From Thermoplasmatota archaeon (GTDB lineage Archaea; Thermoplasmatota; Poseidoniia; Poseidoniales; Poseidoniaceae), in assembly GCA_036019775.1 (NCBI GenBank), contig JAYXXD010000001.1:3202-67201 (forward strand): DNA of 64,000 bases, given 5' to 3'. Each line of letters opens with the position of its first letter. The stretch's first letter is position 1. A model generated the notes under the pieces. The model ran no database searches. It was given only the letters and a program-made list of their open reading frames with translations, and was not told the origin of the DNA. Shown here piece by piece: positions 38,514 to 47,400 of the stretch. A program made the position numbers and the translations under genes.

Positions 38514-39406
38514 TCGTGTCGTCGTAAGGCAACGGCAAGAAGGGCAAGTATGGTCAAAGGCATGGATAGGAACGGTGTATTCTCCGTGTCAGATTCTGGT
38601 TGCGTATCACCTTGCTCTTCTGGCTTTTCGATGTATTCATGGAACATGATGTGAACTTCAAGATCATCATCATCGTATGCATCAGCATAGGTGATTTGTT
38701 TGGTTCCTGTACTTAGTCCGACATCTGTAACAGTCCCCACATCGATGATTTCACGTACAATGTGATGATAGTAAATCTGGTTGTTTGTACCATCTGGATA
38801 GTAGGCGACCGTTTCGACCATCCATACGCTGACGTTGTAAACAGCGTCGTTTGATTGATTGATGCTCCAAACTACGGTTCCTGAGTTTTCTCCAGCAGGT
38901 GTCCATGCCATTGTAACCAAGCCTTCACCAAGATTTCGTGGTTGTGTTGCCAAGTCAGCGAAGTCAGACTCTAGTGAATCACCGACTGGATTACTGCCTC
39001 GAAGGGCATATTTACCATTAATACCGGCAACGGGGGGCTTGAATTCAGGTGCATATATATCGTATCTGTCTCTAAAGCGTGCATCTACATTTTCGTTACC
39101 TAGTGGGTCTTGAGTCTCGTAGATGTTTCGATGAACGGCATAAATCTCCATACTGATATTCTCTGCCACAGTTTCGAGAGCATCACCAACCTTGACGCAA
39201 TTTCCGCACCATGTAGCCGTATAATCTTCCGCAATTGCAGGTAGATCCTCGAGCGTACTGTTGGCAACTATCGTTTGATTCGCCATACCATGAAGCCCGC
39301 CGAAAAGAACACCCGTTTCGAGTTCTCTAATCTCAGCAGCATTTGCCGTAGGGATAATCGATACCATGAGTAAAGCCAAAAGACTAGCAACAATTGTTCT
39401 AGACAT
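38507..39406 (-). CDS. Secreted thioredoxin-fold protein (WCGNC active site) with C-terminal hydrophobic anchor
   Basis: Signal peptide MSRTIVASLLALLMVSIIPTANA (start 39406); TATWCGNCVKV; C-terminal LSMPLTILALLAVALRR. Confidence 0.65.
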   Translation of the reverse strand: MSRTIVASLLALLMVSIIPTANAAEIRELETGVLFGGLHGMANQTIVANSTLEDLPAIAEDYTATWCGNCVKVGDALETVAENISMEIYAVHRNIYETQDPLGNENVDARFRDRYDIYAPEFKPPVAGINGKYALRGSNPVGDSLESDFADLATQPRNLGEGLVTMAWTPAGENSGTVVWSINQSNDAVYNVSVWMVETVAYYPDGTNNQIYYHHIVREIIDVGTVTDVGLSTGTKQITYADAYDDDDLEVHIMFHEYIEKPEEQGDTQPESDTENTPFLSMPLTILALLAVALRRHDQ

Positions 39407-39453
39407 GTGTAGAGGTACCAACCTCTCCTTAATGATATAATCCATTTTATGCC

Positions 39454-40629
39454 TCAGAATACCTTCTGAAGGACACCATAGTCGACAATCTCGCCGGAAG
39501 CTACTTTCTTCAAGAGGGCCTTTAACCGGTTCTTGATGGTGTTGCGACATCGGCCAATAGCATGGGCAATGTTCTCAAGCCGTCCTTGTTCCACTTCAAA
39601 GGCTTCACAAGACTTTTGGAAAAGAATAGCGCACAAGACTCGAGCTTCGATGTTCTCCTGTGAGAATGGTGAATCGCTAAGCGTTGGTTCACCAAGTCGA
39701 AACAATCGTTGGTTAAAATCATCCATAATCTTTGACTTCAATGCATCATCAAGCCCATCGAGAAGCAACTTAAGGCGGAGTTTTGTGTTTTGAATCTCCG
39801 TATTTCGCAACTCATGGTGAACTGTTCTTCGGTCAGAACGTTGTTCGATGAGCTTTGCCTTCTCACAGAGATTAAGATACTTCATGACGACTTTGGCAGC
39901 GTCAACAACTTGTTTGAGCGTTAGGCCAGTACCCTCAACCATCTGTGGCCAATCAATGTTGATTTTGCCTGTTCGCTCTTGGTGGGCTCGCAGACATGCA
40001 AGTGCAAGCAAACGTTCGTTATTTTTCGTACTGCCGCCTCGTGTCTTTTTTCGACATACAGAGTTCTTTGGAAGGATAATTTCATCTTCCTTTGCAATCT
40101 TTTTTATCGCATTGGACTTTGCTCCATTAAGTGGAACAGTTGCCAGTGTTATGACCTTTTTCGCTTTCATTGCGTTGTCTTTTCCTGCCAAATCTTTCGC
40201 CGCATTCATTGTGGCTTGCGCCATCGGATGCATGTCCTTGATGCCTTGGTTGTTCAGGTTACTGAGAATCTTCCATTTGCCTTTTGCTTCTCCAGGTTTG
40301 CCGATGTATGAGCCAAGCCCATTCCCTTTCACACCAGTCTTAATTTTCGACTCATCTTTGGTTGGGGTATTGAAACCATGTTCACCCCACATTGTTCCTG
40401 CATTATCGTTTTCTGTCATCGATGCATGATCGACGACAACGAGACCACAATCATTGCAAACCACCTCGCCTCGGTTGATGTCCATATTCAAGTCATAGCT
40501 TCCACATTCTTCACACTTTTCCGTCAATTTTCTTCCTCCTTGTTCAGTTTTGTTCCAACATGAATCATTATCAACCCTCTTTGTGCTGTTGAGTTCGAAG
40601 GGAAGAAAGACACGCTGGAGTATAGACAT
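39454..40629 (-). CDS. tfb: Transcription initiation factor TFB (TFIIB homologue) with a ~90-aa Lys-rich insertion
   Basis: N-terminal Zn ribbon CEECGSYDL..x..CNDCG; two cyclin-fold repeats; C-terminal helix region. Confidence 0.85.
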   Translation of the reverse strand: MSILQRVFLPFELNSTKRVDNDSCWNKTEQGGRKLTEKCEECGSYDLNMDINRGEVVCNDCGLVVVDHASMTENDNAGTMWGEHGFNTPTKDESKIKTGVKGNGLGSYIGKPGEAKGKWKILSNLNNQGIKDMHPMAQATMNAAKDLAGKDNAMKAKKVITLATVPLNGAKSNAIKKIAKEDEIILPKNSVCRKKTRGGSTKNNERLLALACLRAHQERTGKINIDWPQMVEGTGLTLKQVVDAAKVVMKYLNLCEKAKLIEQRSDRRTVHHELRNTEIQNTKLRLKLLLDGLDDALKSKIMDDFNQRLFRLGEPTLSDSPFSQENIEARVLCAILFQKSCEAFEVEQGRLENIAHAIGRCRNTIKNRLKALLKKVASGEIVDYGVLQKVF

Positions 40630-40776
40630 GCCCTCGATTCTATTTAAACCTGTGTAATCATGATGTAATTATTGCTAAACATGAACAATTCATGTTACAA
40701 ATTCAATTATCCGACATCGCGAAATTATCTATGACACATTTGCATCGAATTAGAAAAATAACAAACTCGCGTACGT
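40630..40776. promoter_or_regulatory. AT-rich divergent promoter region between tfb and the AddB-like gene, containing a 17-bp palindrome ACATGAACAATTCATGT (~40679-40695)
   Basis: Read from sequence; TTTAAA and AATAATTA TATA-like elements present. Confidence 0.4.
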
Positions 40777-43700
40777 TTGCTTTTATACCGTCGTCTTCTA
40801 TGTTACGAAGCGGGGGATATTTTAGTGAACATCACGTTTGAAGCATGTCCTCCAGAGAACATCGTCCCCTCATGGTTAATTGCTAATATTGCAAGCGGAC
40901 GAGACGATATACTCGTGATTTATCCGAATGAAAGTACGCGTTCAAACTCGATTCAATCCATACTCCAAAAAACAGGGACAGTTGATTCGAGTAGACACAC
41001 AACTCTCCAGCGACTTACCAAAGCGTTAGCAATTGATTTTCGCCTCCCAGTTCTGATCCCTAAATCATCAATTGGTCTTGTTCAAGTTCATGAAAAGCTG
41101 GTCACAGAGGCGTTGAATCATCGCTTCCCTCGTCTTCATCCAGACCCGACTCGGCCTTGGACGATTTCAAAATCTGAGAGGTTACTCAAACTTCATTCGT
41201 ATGCCACCAATCATCGTATTCTTTCGAAATGGGAGGAAGATCCAGGTGCTCGTGAGGCAGAACGTATTCTTTCCACATTCAGAAAAAACGACCTTCTCCA
41301 TGAACATCATGTCTTAGATCGACTTTCTAGAGATTTATTGGATGCAGAAATCTTAGGACCGTATACAATTAGTACAATCAAAGGCATTGTGTTGTTGAAC
41401 CACCCTCCAGACTTCACTGAAACCGAGAAGCGATTTTTCAAAGCATTGTCAACACGATGCCCAATTCACCATGTATGCGTTACAGGTTCCTTCCGTCTTG
41501 GATACCATGGGGCTTACATTGATGATGAAATCAAGGCCATTGAGGATATAGCAGACTTGCCTTCGTGGGTACCACAACATCAGATTTACACTTCAAAACA
41601 AAATGATTACGCGACAAATGGCGTTCATGTACTCAGCTTTGATCAAGCCACATTGGTGATGGATGCAGCGATTTCAGCTCTACAACTATACAAGAGTCAC
41701 ACGGGAGGGCGCGTTTTACTCGTGGACGCAAATAGACATAGGCATATTGAATGGGTTCGTCGATTGAATCGAATCGGAATAACATGTAATATTCATCGCG
41801 ATGTAGTAGGGAGCACATCGGCTGTTCAAGCGATTCTTCGATTCCTGTCGATTTCGAATGGCCAAGATGCTTGGTCTGCAACGAAGTTGTTCGACATCAT
41901 TCAATCACAGGCATTCCCGATGCTGGAGAACCTTTTTTCAGAACTTGAACACCCAATAAACAAAGATTGGCGACCTAGACCTCATTTGGATGTGATTGAA
42001 AATCTTGGACGAAGTTTTCATGTTCTTGGTGGAAAAGGAGCCCTTCAACGTTGGCTAGGTTCACTATCTGTCGCAAAACCCTATTCAACGGAAGCCTTTC
42101 GCCAAGAACAAGAGTTGCGGAAACTTGAGGAGACACAATGGTGGTTCCAATGTCTTGCAGTTTCTTGGTCAGCACTCCTGAGCGAACAAGAACGGAAGAC
42201 CCTCACAACTGAATTGATTGGAACATCAACTAAAACATCACTTCCTTTGCCGCAACCGAGTAAGTCGCCTAGAGATATTCTTTCATTGATGCTTTCATCT
42301 TGCGACTGGGAGCGCTTGTTTAGGCGGACTCAAAGATATGATGCCTCAGTAGGCGCAATCCAAGTTTGGGTCCAAACCATCGATGCGATGCTTCAGTATG
42401 AAACGAGCATCGATTTTGTTGACCTTTGCCGCCTTGCCTCTGAAGAAACCGAAATACCTGCTCATCGGATTGAACACCCCGACGTACTCGTTCGCACTCC
42501 TCTTCAGGCATACGGAGTCGAAGCAGATATCACAATGTTCGTCGGTCTTGATGCCGAATCGTGGTCGATGAAAGCAGAGCGAATTCCTTGGATTGATGAT
42601 TCAGTTCGAATTCAGCTAGGCTTGACTGATGGTGATCTCCCCATCCGTCGTGCCCGCCATGTGTTCAAATCATTACTTAATTCCAGCCAACAGGCGATAC
42701 TTTTTGAAACGGAACATGATGAATCAACAGGAAATTCGACACCAATTGCTGAGTATCTTTCAAAAATAGAATTGGATGGTAAATTGACAGCATTGAGACA
42801 ACCTCCGGCCTTTATTCAGCCATCAATATCTGATGGCGCAGGATGGACAACGATAACAAGAGATGACGGAAATGTCGTTACTTATCGAAGGTCAGCATTA
42901 TCCATCAACGGAAGAGAGGTATCCCTCGATTACGCGGAAAATACTCTTCGAAATAACAAACAAAAGGCAGGCCTTGAACTCAAAGCACACCGCCAACCAA
43001 TTTCAGATGTCCAATCACCGAATTCAATTGCTGCACGTTATGAGCGAGAAATTCATCTCGATCGATTTCGCCGCCAACCAAAATTCGAATCCATAGAGAA
43101 TGGAAGTTTCATGAATTGGTCGATAAGAAACAACCTGCTGACGACGACGAATATCATCATTCAGCCTACCGTTTCTCAAGCAAAGATTGCCGGGGGCAGG
43201 ACAACTAATCTCTACCCACACCTTGGTTACAAAAGGAATAGAATTTCAAGTGGCCCTTCTATCGATCCACGGCCACTTCCACCTCCACAATTCGATTCTG
43301 TGAGTTTGAATGCAATCCTTACAACTCAGACTAGAGAAAACAAATTGAGAATTTGGTCAACGAGTCGATTGAATCCTTGGTTTATTTGTCCTCGCCAAGC
43401 ATGGGCTGAGCAAACGTTGCAAGTTACCGAATCTTCTCCAGAACTTTCTGAAGATATTGCGCCTTTGACGAAAGGAACGTTGGTTCATTCCATTGAGGAA
43501 CATCTAATGACGATGCTTGGAATTGAGGTTGGTGGTCTACCGCTTTCAGCAGGTGTGCCATTGCACCTTGGCGTTCCGCTTTCTGAACAAGAAATATGGG
43601 AAAGTGTACTTGGCCGACTATCTGAACTCGCTCCGTGGCTTTCAAGGACCAATGCTGTTTCTGTACATCGTTGTAACGATCTAATTGGATGCACTCCAGA

Positions 43701-44496
43701 TAATTGGAATGCTTGGATTGATGGGAGCCAAAAATTGCCAATTAGTGGACGATTAGGACGCCTTCTTTCTGCAGACTTGAGTCTTACATCTGCCGCTCCG
43801 ATTGCAAGCGAGTGGGCGCTTCAGCATCAGGATGAACACCATGTTGAAATTCAAGGATACAACGATTTGATGGAAACGGCTTCAATCAATATACGTGGCA
43901 GAATTGACAGAGTCGATGAAAATGTTTTCCCAACAGAGGATATTGCGCAATTGCGTGAAAATGGACTCTTTGCAGAGGATGCTAAAGAGATTCCACTCTT
44001 CTTTGATGGTACGGAGCCGCCTGCAAAACGCTTCATCATCATCCGGGATATCAAAACGATTGAAGGGCCAAAACCCGGACGAGCGGGAGCACGGCATACC
44101 TCTGGGCTGTTCAACGAAATTCAACTTGCTATGTATGCACGTGCTTGGGAAATTGCCCATCCGGGTGATCGCGTCGTTGGGGTTGGAATTTCAGAGGTTG
44201 GCGACGATACCGAGCATTTTGTTGAGTTGGACCCAAGTTTTGAACCATTTACCTCAGCTCTCAATCTTGGGACGCCGACTTCATATTCAATCAACCATTT
44301 TCGTCTTCCAAATGAGAATGCAAGTCCGCAGACGAATAGTTTTCGTGCATGGATGAATTCCCGAATCACAGCTGCATTGAGAGCGGCTGAAGCAAGTGAA
44401 TTGGGTTGGAATCATCCGACGCCAGGGCCACATTGCTCCTATTGCTCTCTTTCGAGTGCATGTCCTTCAGCATCAATAGGAGGTGAATTGAAGTGA
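40777..44496 (+). CDS. AddB/RexB-like subunit: degenerate helicase-like N-terminal region plus C-terminal RecB-family PD-(D/E)XK nuclease with Fe-S cluster
   Basis: C-terminal motifs FICPRQAW (Cys 1), LVHSIEEHL, GRIDRVDE, IIRDIKT (D-x-K), QLAMY, HCSYCSLSSAC (C-x2-C-x5-C); no Walker A; start TTG 40777 or GTG 40825. Confidence 0.7.
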   Translation: MLLYRRLLCYEAGDILVNITFEACPPENIVPSWLIANIASGRDDILVIYPNESTRSNSIQSILQKTGTVDSSRHTTLQRLTKALAIDFRLPVLIPKSSIGLVQVHEKLVTEALNHRFPRLHPDPTRPWTISKSERLLKLHSYATNHRILSKWEEDPGAREAERILSTFRKNDLLHEHHVLDRLSRDLLDAEILGPYTISTIKGIVLLNHPPDFTETEKRFFKALSTRCPIHHVCVTGSFRLGYHGAYIDDEIKAIEDIADLPSWVPQHQIYTSKQNDYATNGVHVLSFDQATLVMDAAISALQLYKSHTGGRVLLVDANRHRHIEWVRRLNRIGITCNIHRDVVGSTSAVQAILRFLSISNGQDAWSATKLFDIIQSQAFPMLENLFSELEHPINKDWRPRPHLDVIENLGRSFHVLGGKGALQRWLGSLSVAKPYSTEAFRQEQELRKLEETQWWFQCLAVSWSALLSEQERKTLTTELIGTSTKTSLPLPQPSKSPRDILSLMLSSCDWERLFRRTQRYDASVGAIQVWVQTIDAMLQYETSIDFVDLCRLASEETEIPAHRIEHPDVLVRTPLQAYGVEADITMFVGLDAESWSMKAERIPWIDDSVRIQLGLTDGDLPIRRARHVFKSLLNSSQQAILFETEHDESTGNSTPIAEYLSKIELDGKLTALRQPPAFIQPSISDGAGWTTITRDDGNVVTYRRSALSINGREVSLDYAENTLRNNKQKAGLELKAHRQPISDVQSPNSIAARYEREIHLDRFRRQPKFESIENGSFMNWSIRNNLLTTTNIIIQPTVSQAKIAGGRTTNLYPHLGYKRNRISSGPSIDPRPLPPPQFDSVSLNAILTTQTRENKLRIWSTSRLNPWFICPRQAWAEQTLQVTESSPELSEDIAPLTKGTLVHSIEEHLMTMLGIEVGGLPLSAGVPLHLGVPLSEQEIWESVLGRLSELAPWLSRTNAVSVHRCNDLIGCTPDNWNAWIDGSQKLPISGRLGRLLSADLSLTSAAPIASEWALQHQDEHHVEIQGYNDLMETASINIRGRIDRVDENVFPTEDIAQLRENGLFAEDAKEIPLFFDGTEPPAKRFIIIRDIKTIEGPKPGRAGARHTSGLFNEIQLAMYARAWEIAHPGDRVVGVGISEVGDDTEHFVELDPSFEPFTSALNLGTPTSYSINHFRLPNENASPQTNSFRAWMNSRITAALRAAEASELGWNHPTPGPHCSYCSLSSACPSASIGGELK

Positions 44497-47400
44497 TCTC
44501 CTTCAATCGAAGCCAGCGATTGGGCCTGAATTTGGATCAACATATTGCTTTGGATGCAGGTGCAGGTACGGGAAAAACAACCGTTATGGCAGAACGGTAT
44601 GTTCAGCATCTCCTGTCTGCTGAGCAACGTGCCACGTATGTACTTCCGCCTCCGATCCGACAAGAACAATTTGGGTCAGGAAAGGTCTTGGCAGCAAAGC
44701 GTGATCGAACTTCCGTGAAAGATTGGAAAGGTCTCTTGCCACAAGAGATTGTCGCGATTACATTCACTCGAAAAGCCGCTTCGGAACTACGCTCCCGTAT
44801 ACGTAAACGGATACAATCTCTGCGTGCCAACCCTGTCAATGATGATGATCGAATGGGCGTTCATGACCCTCGACTACGTCATCAGGGCGATGTTTCGATG
44901 CTGATGTCATTGCTTGAGGCTGCACCAATTTCAACAATTGATGCATTTCTTTCAGAAATTTTGGCGCCGCATATTGATTTAGTTGCCATACATTTGAGTA
45001 GAGAACAATTGCCTGAAGAAAAAGCCCCTCTTCTACGTAACCAAGCCCTCAATTCTGCATGGAGAATTCGGAATTCTCAAGACGCTATCGAGGCAGGCAT
45101 GTATCAATCTGCGGATGAGTTCATTTCTGCTCGAAACAGGTTGGCAATCCGGCTCGGGGGACAACAGAGTGCTCAAACAGTTTTAGCAGGCCTTCTCGAG
45201 TCGTCCCTTTTTGTTGAGGAATCAAGACGTCGTCTTCGTTCACGTTCTATCAGTGCGAACCTACCTTGGGATGGCCATTCACCTCCAGATTACCGTTTGG
45301 TTGAAGATATGATTTTACAGGAATGTCAACACTTGGTCGATCCAGTGGTAGAGGATGTTTATGCCATTCTAAATGAATGGATTGATGTCTTCCTTCAGTA
45401 CCATTCTATATTTGTTGCACCGGCACAAATTGAAACAACCAGTACTCGTTTCAATCAACTCGTAGATTTAGCAAGAGGAGCATTACCAGATGCGCCGATT
45501 GAACGGCTCCAATGGTTGTACCAAGTCGTATCCTCGGCCACATCGATTACTCAGTTGAACGAGGCCAAACCTACTGTTTTGAAAGGAGGAAACTTTCCGC
45601 GCAGCAATTCACTTTCCGGTTGGCCAGCGGGGTTGATGACCTGGTCTTCAGTTCTCAAAAGAAAGGATGAGAAATCTCTGAAAGGCCAGATTTCAAGTGC
45701 TGCTTCTGATGCCGCACAACGGCTGCAAGACCGCATTCATGACCCTTCAGATGGTCGGTTGGTTTTCATGCTCTCGAAGGTGGCCTATTGCCTCAATCCG
45801 TCTCGTCGGTTCGCGTATAGAGATGCCAACGAACGCTATGATCGTCAACAACTTGGTCTCAAATTAAGTCAAGAAGCCCCCCTGGCGGGCATGAGAGTTT
45901 CGAAAGAACTCCAAGTAGAGGTTTTGAATGATCTTTACATCGTACATTCGGGTTGCCAAGATTTGCTTCGTCACCTGAAGTCTCAGGAAGAGGCCCATGA
46001 TTTTGATGATGTGCAAGTTATGGTAGGAGATCTGCTTCTGGTCCGCTGCCCAGCAATCGTTCGTCATTGGTATCCTCCTGAGGCTGTCCAAGCCTTAGAT
46101 GACCTTGGAGAAGAACCCTGGTCCGATGAACACATTCGAAAGGCCCTCACAATTATGCAAAGTGATGAGGCAAAATATCTGGATTTGCAACGAAGGTATG
46201 CACTTCTGAAGCAGATTCGCGCTCGGTATCGAGCATTCATTATCGACGAATATCAAGATACAAACCCTGAACATGCACGTCTCCTTTCTCGTCTATGGGG
46301 CCGTCGCGAAGGCATATCCGATGAACATCCAGCGCCATCTGGACCGTGGGACCCAACCATTTGCATCGTCGGGGATATGAAGCAGAGCATCTATCGTTTC
46401 AGACAGGCAGAGGTCACGGTTATGCGCCGAATGGTTGCAGCCATCCGTGTTGCGAATAGTCTCGAAAATAATGAGTCAAGACTGGAGGCCTTCACCCAAC
46501 AAGGATTTGGTAGAGATCCCCGACCAATCGGCGCAGGGGGAGAATTGGGCTCTTTCATTCGGGCATCGGATTATTCCCGTGAGGAACAATCATCGTCATG
46601 GGATTACGTTTCTTTCGGGAGAGATGATGCTGGGATGGCACTCGAAGACTCAACCAGACAAGAACGAGCAGAGGGTCATATTCAACTTCGAACAAATTTC
46701 CGTACTGCTCCTGCTTTGCTCCAAACTCTCAACAACATGTTTGAAGACACTTTTGACTCAAGACATCATCAATTCCCTGGAGATTTTCATGCGACTGCGC
46801 AACCACTTGACGCCGGCCGAGAAACCTCTCTTGAAGGGGCGATTGAATGGCTCTTGCCCACACAAAACAATACTGGAGAGTTGCCATTGAATCTGATGGA
46901 AGGATACAACCTCTACGATGCAAGAAATGCAAACCTTCGCCACCTTGAACATGAACTGATTGCTTCGAGGTTGGATACATTAGTTCGAGGATTACCGACG
47001 CGAATTTGGTCTGCAGAAAATGCAGAGTACATCGAGATAGAGGCTGAAGAGAAGATTTCTCCTGAAGACGTGATGATTCTTGTACATTCACGGAAGCACA
47101 TCCCAGATCTTGTTGCGCGTCTTCAATCGCGAGGACTACCGGTTATGGCCGATAAGCAAGGCGAATTGCTTAAACAACCCGTCGTTCAACCATTGATGGC
47201 TGTTCTGGAACTACTTGCCAAGCCAAATTCAAGGCATGCTGCACATTCCTTACTACGTTCCTCGATTGTTGGTGCTTCATCCATTCAAATTGAAGAAATA
47301 TTCCAATTGACCGATGTGGAAGACTATTGGGTTCATTCGGCAGAATATTTTGCTTCAGCAGCGCAAGGACCCCTTCTTCTTGCACTTGCTCAATTGGCTC

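Noticed and set aside
39454-39550. Apparent 97-nt overlap between tfb and the thioredoxin-like gene
   Set aside because: The thioredoxin-like protein has a clear signal peptide beginning at an internal ATG (~39406), which removes the overlap.
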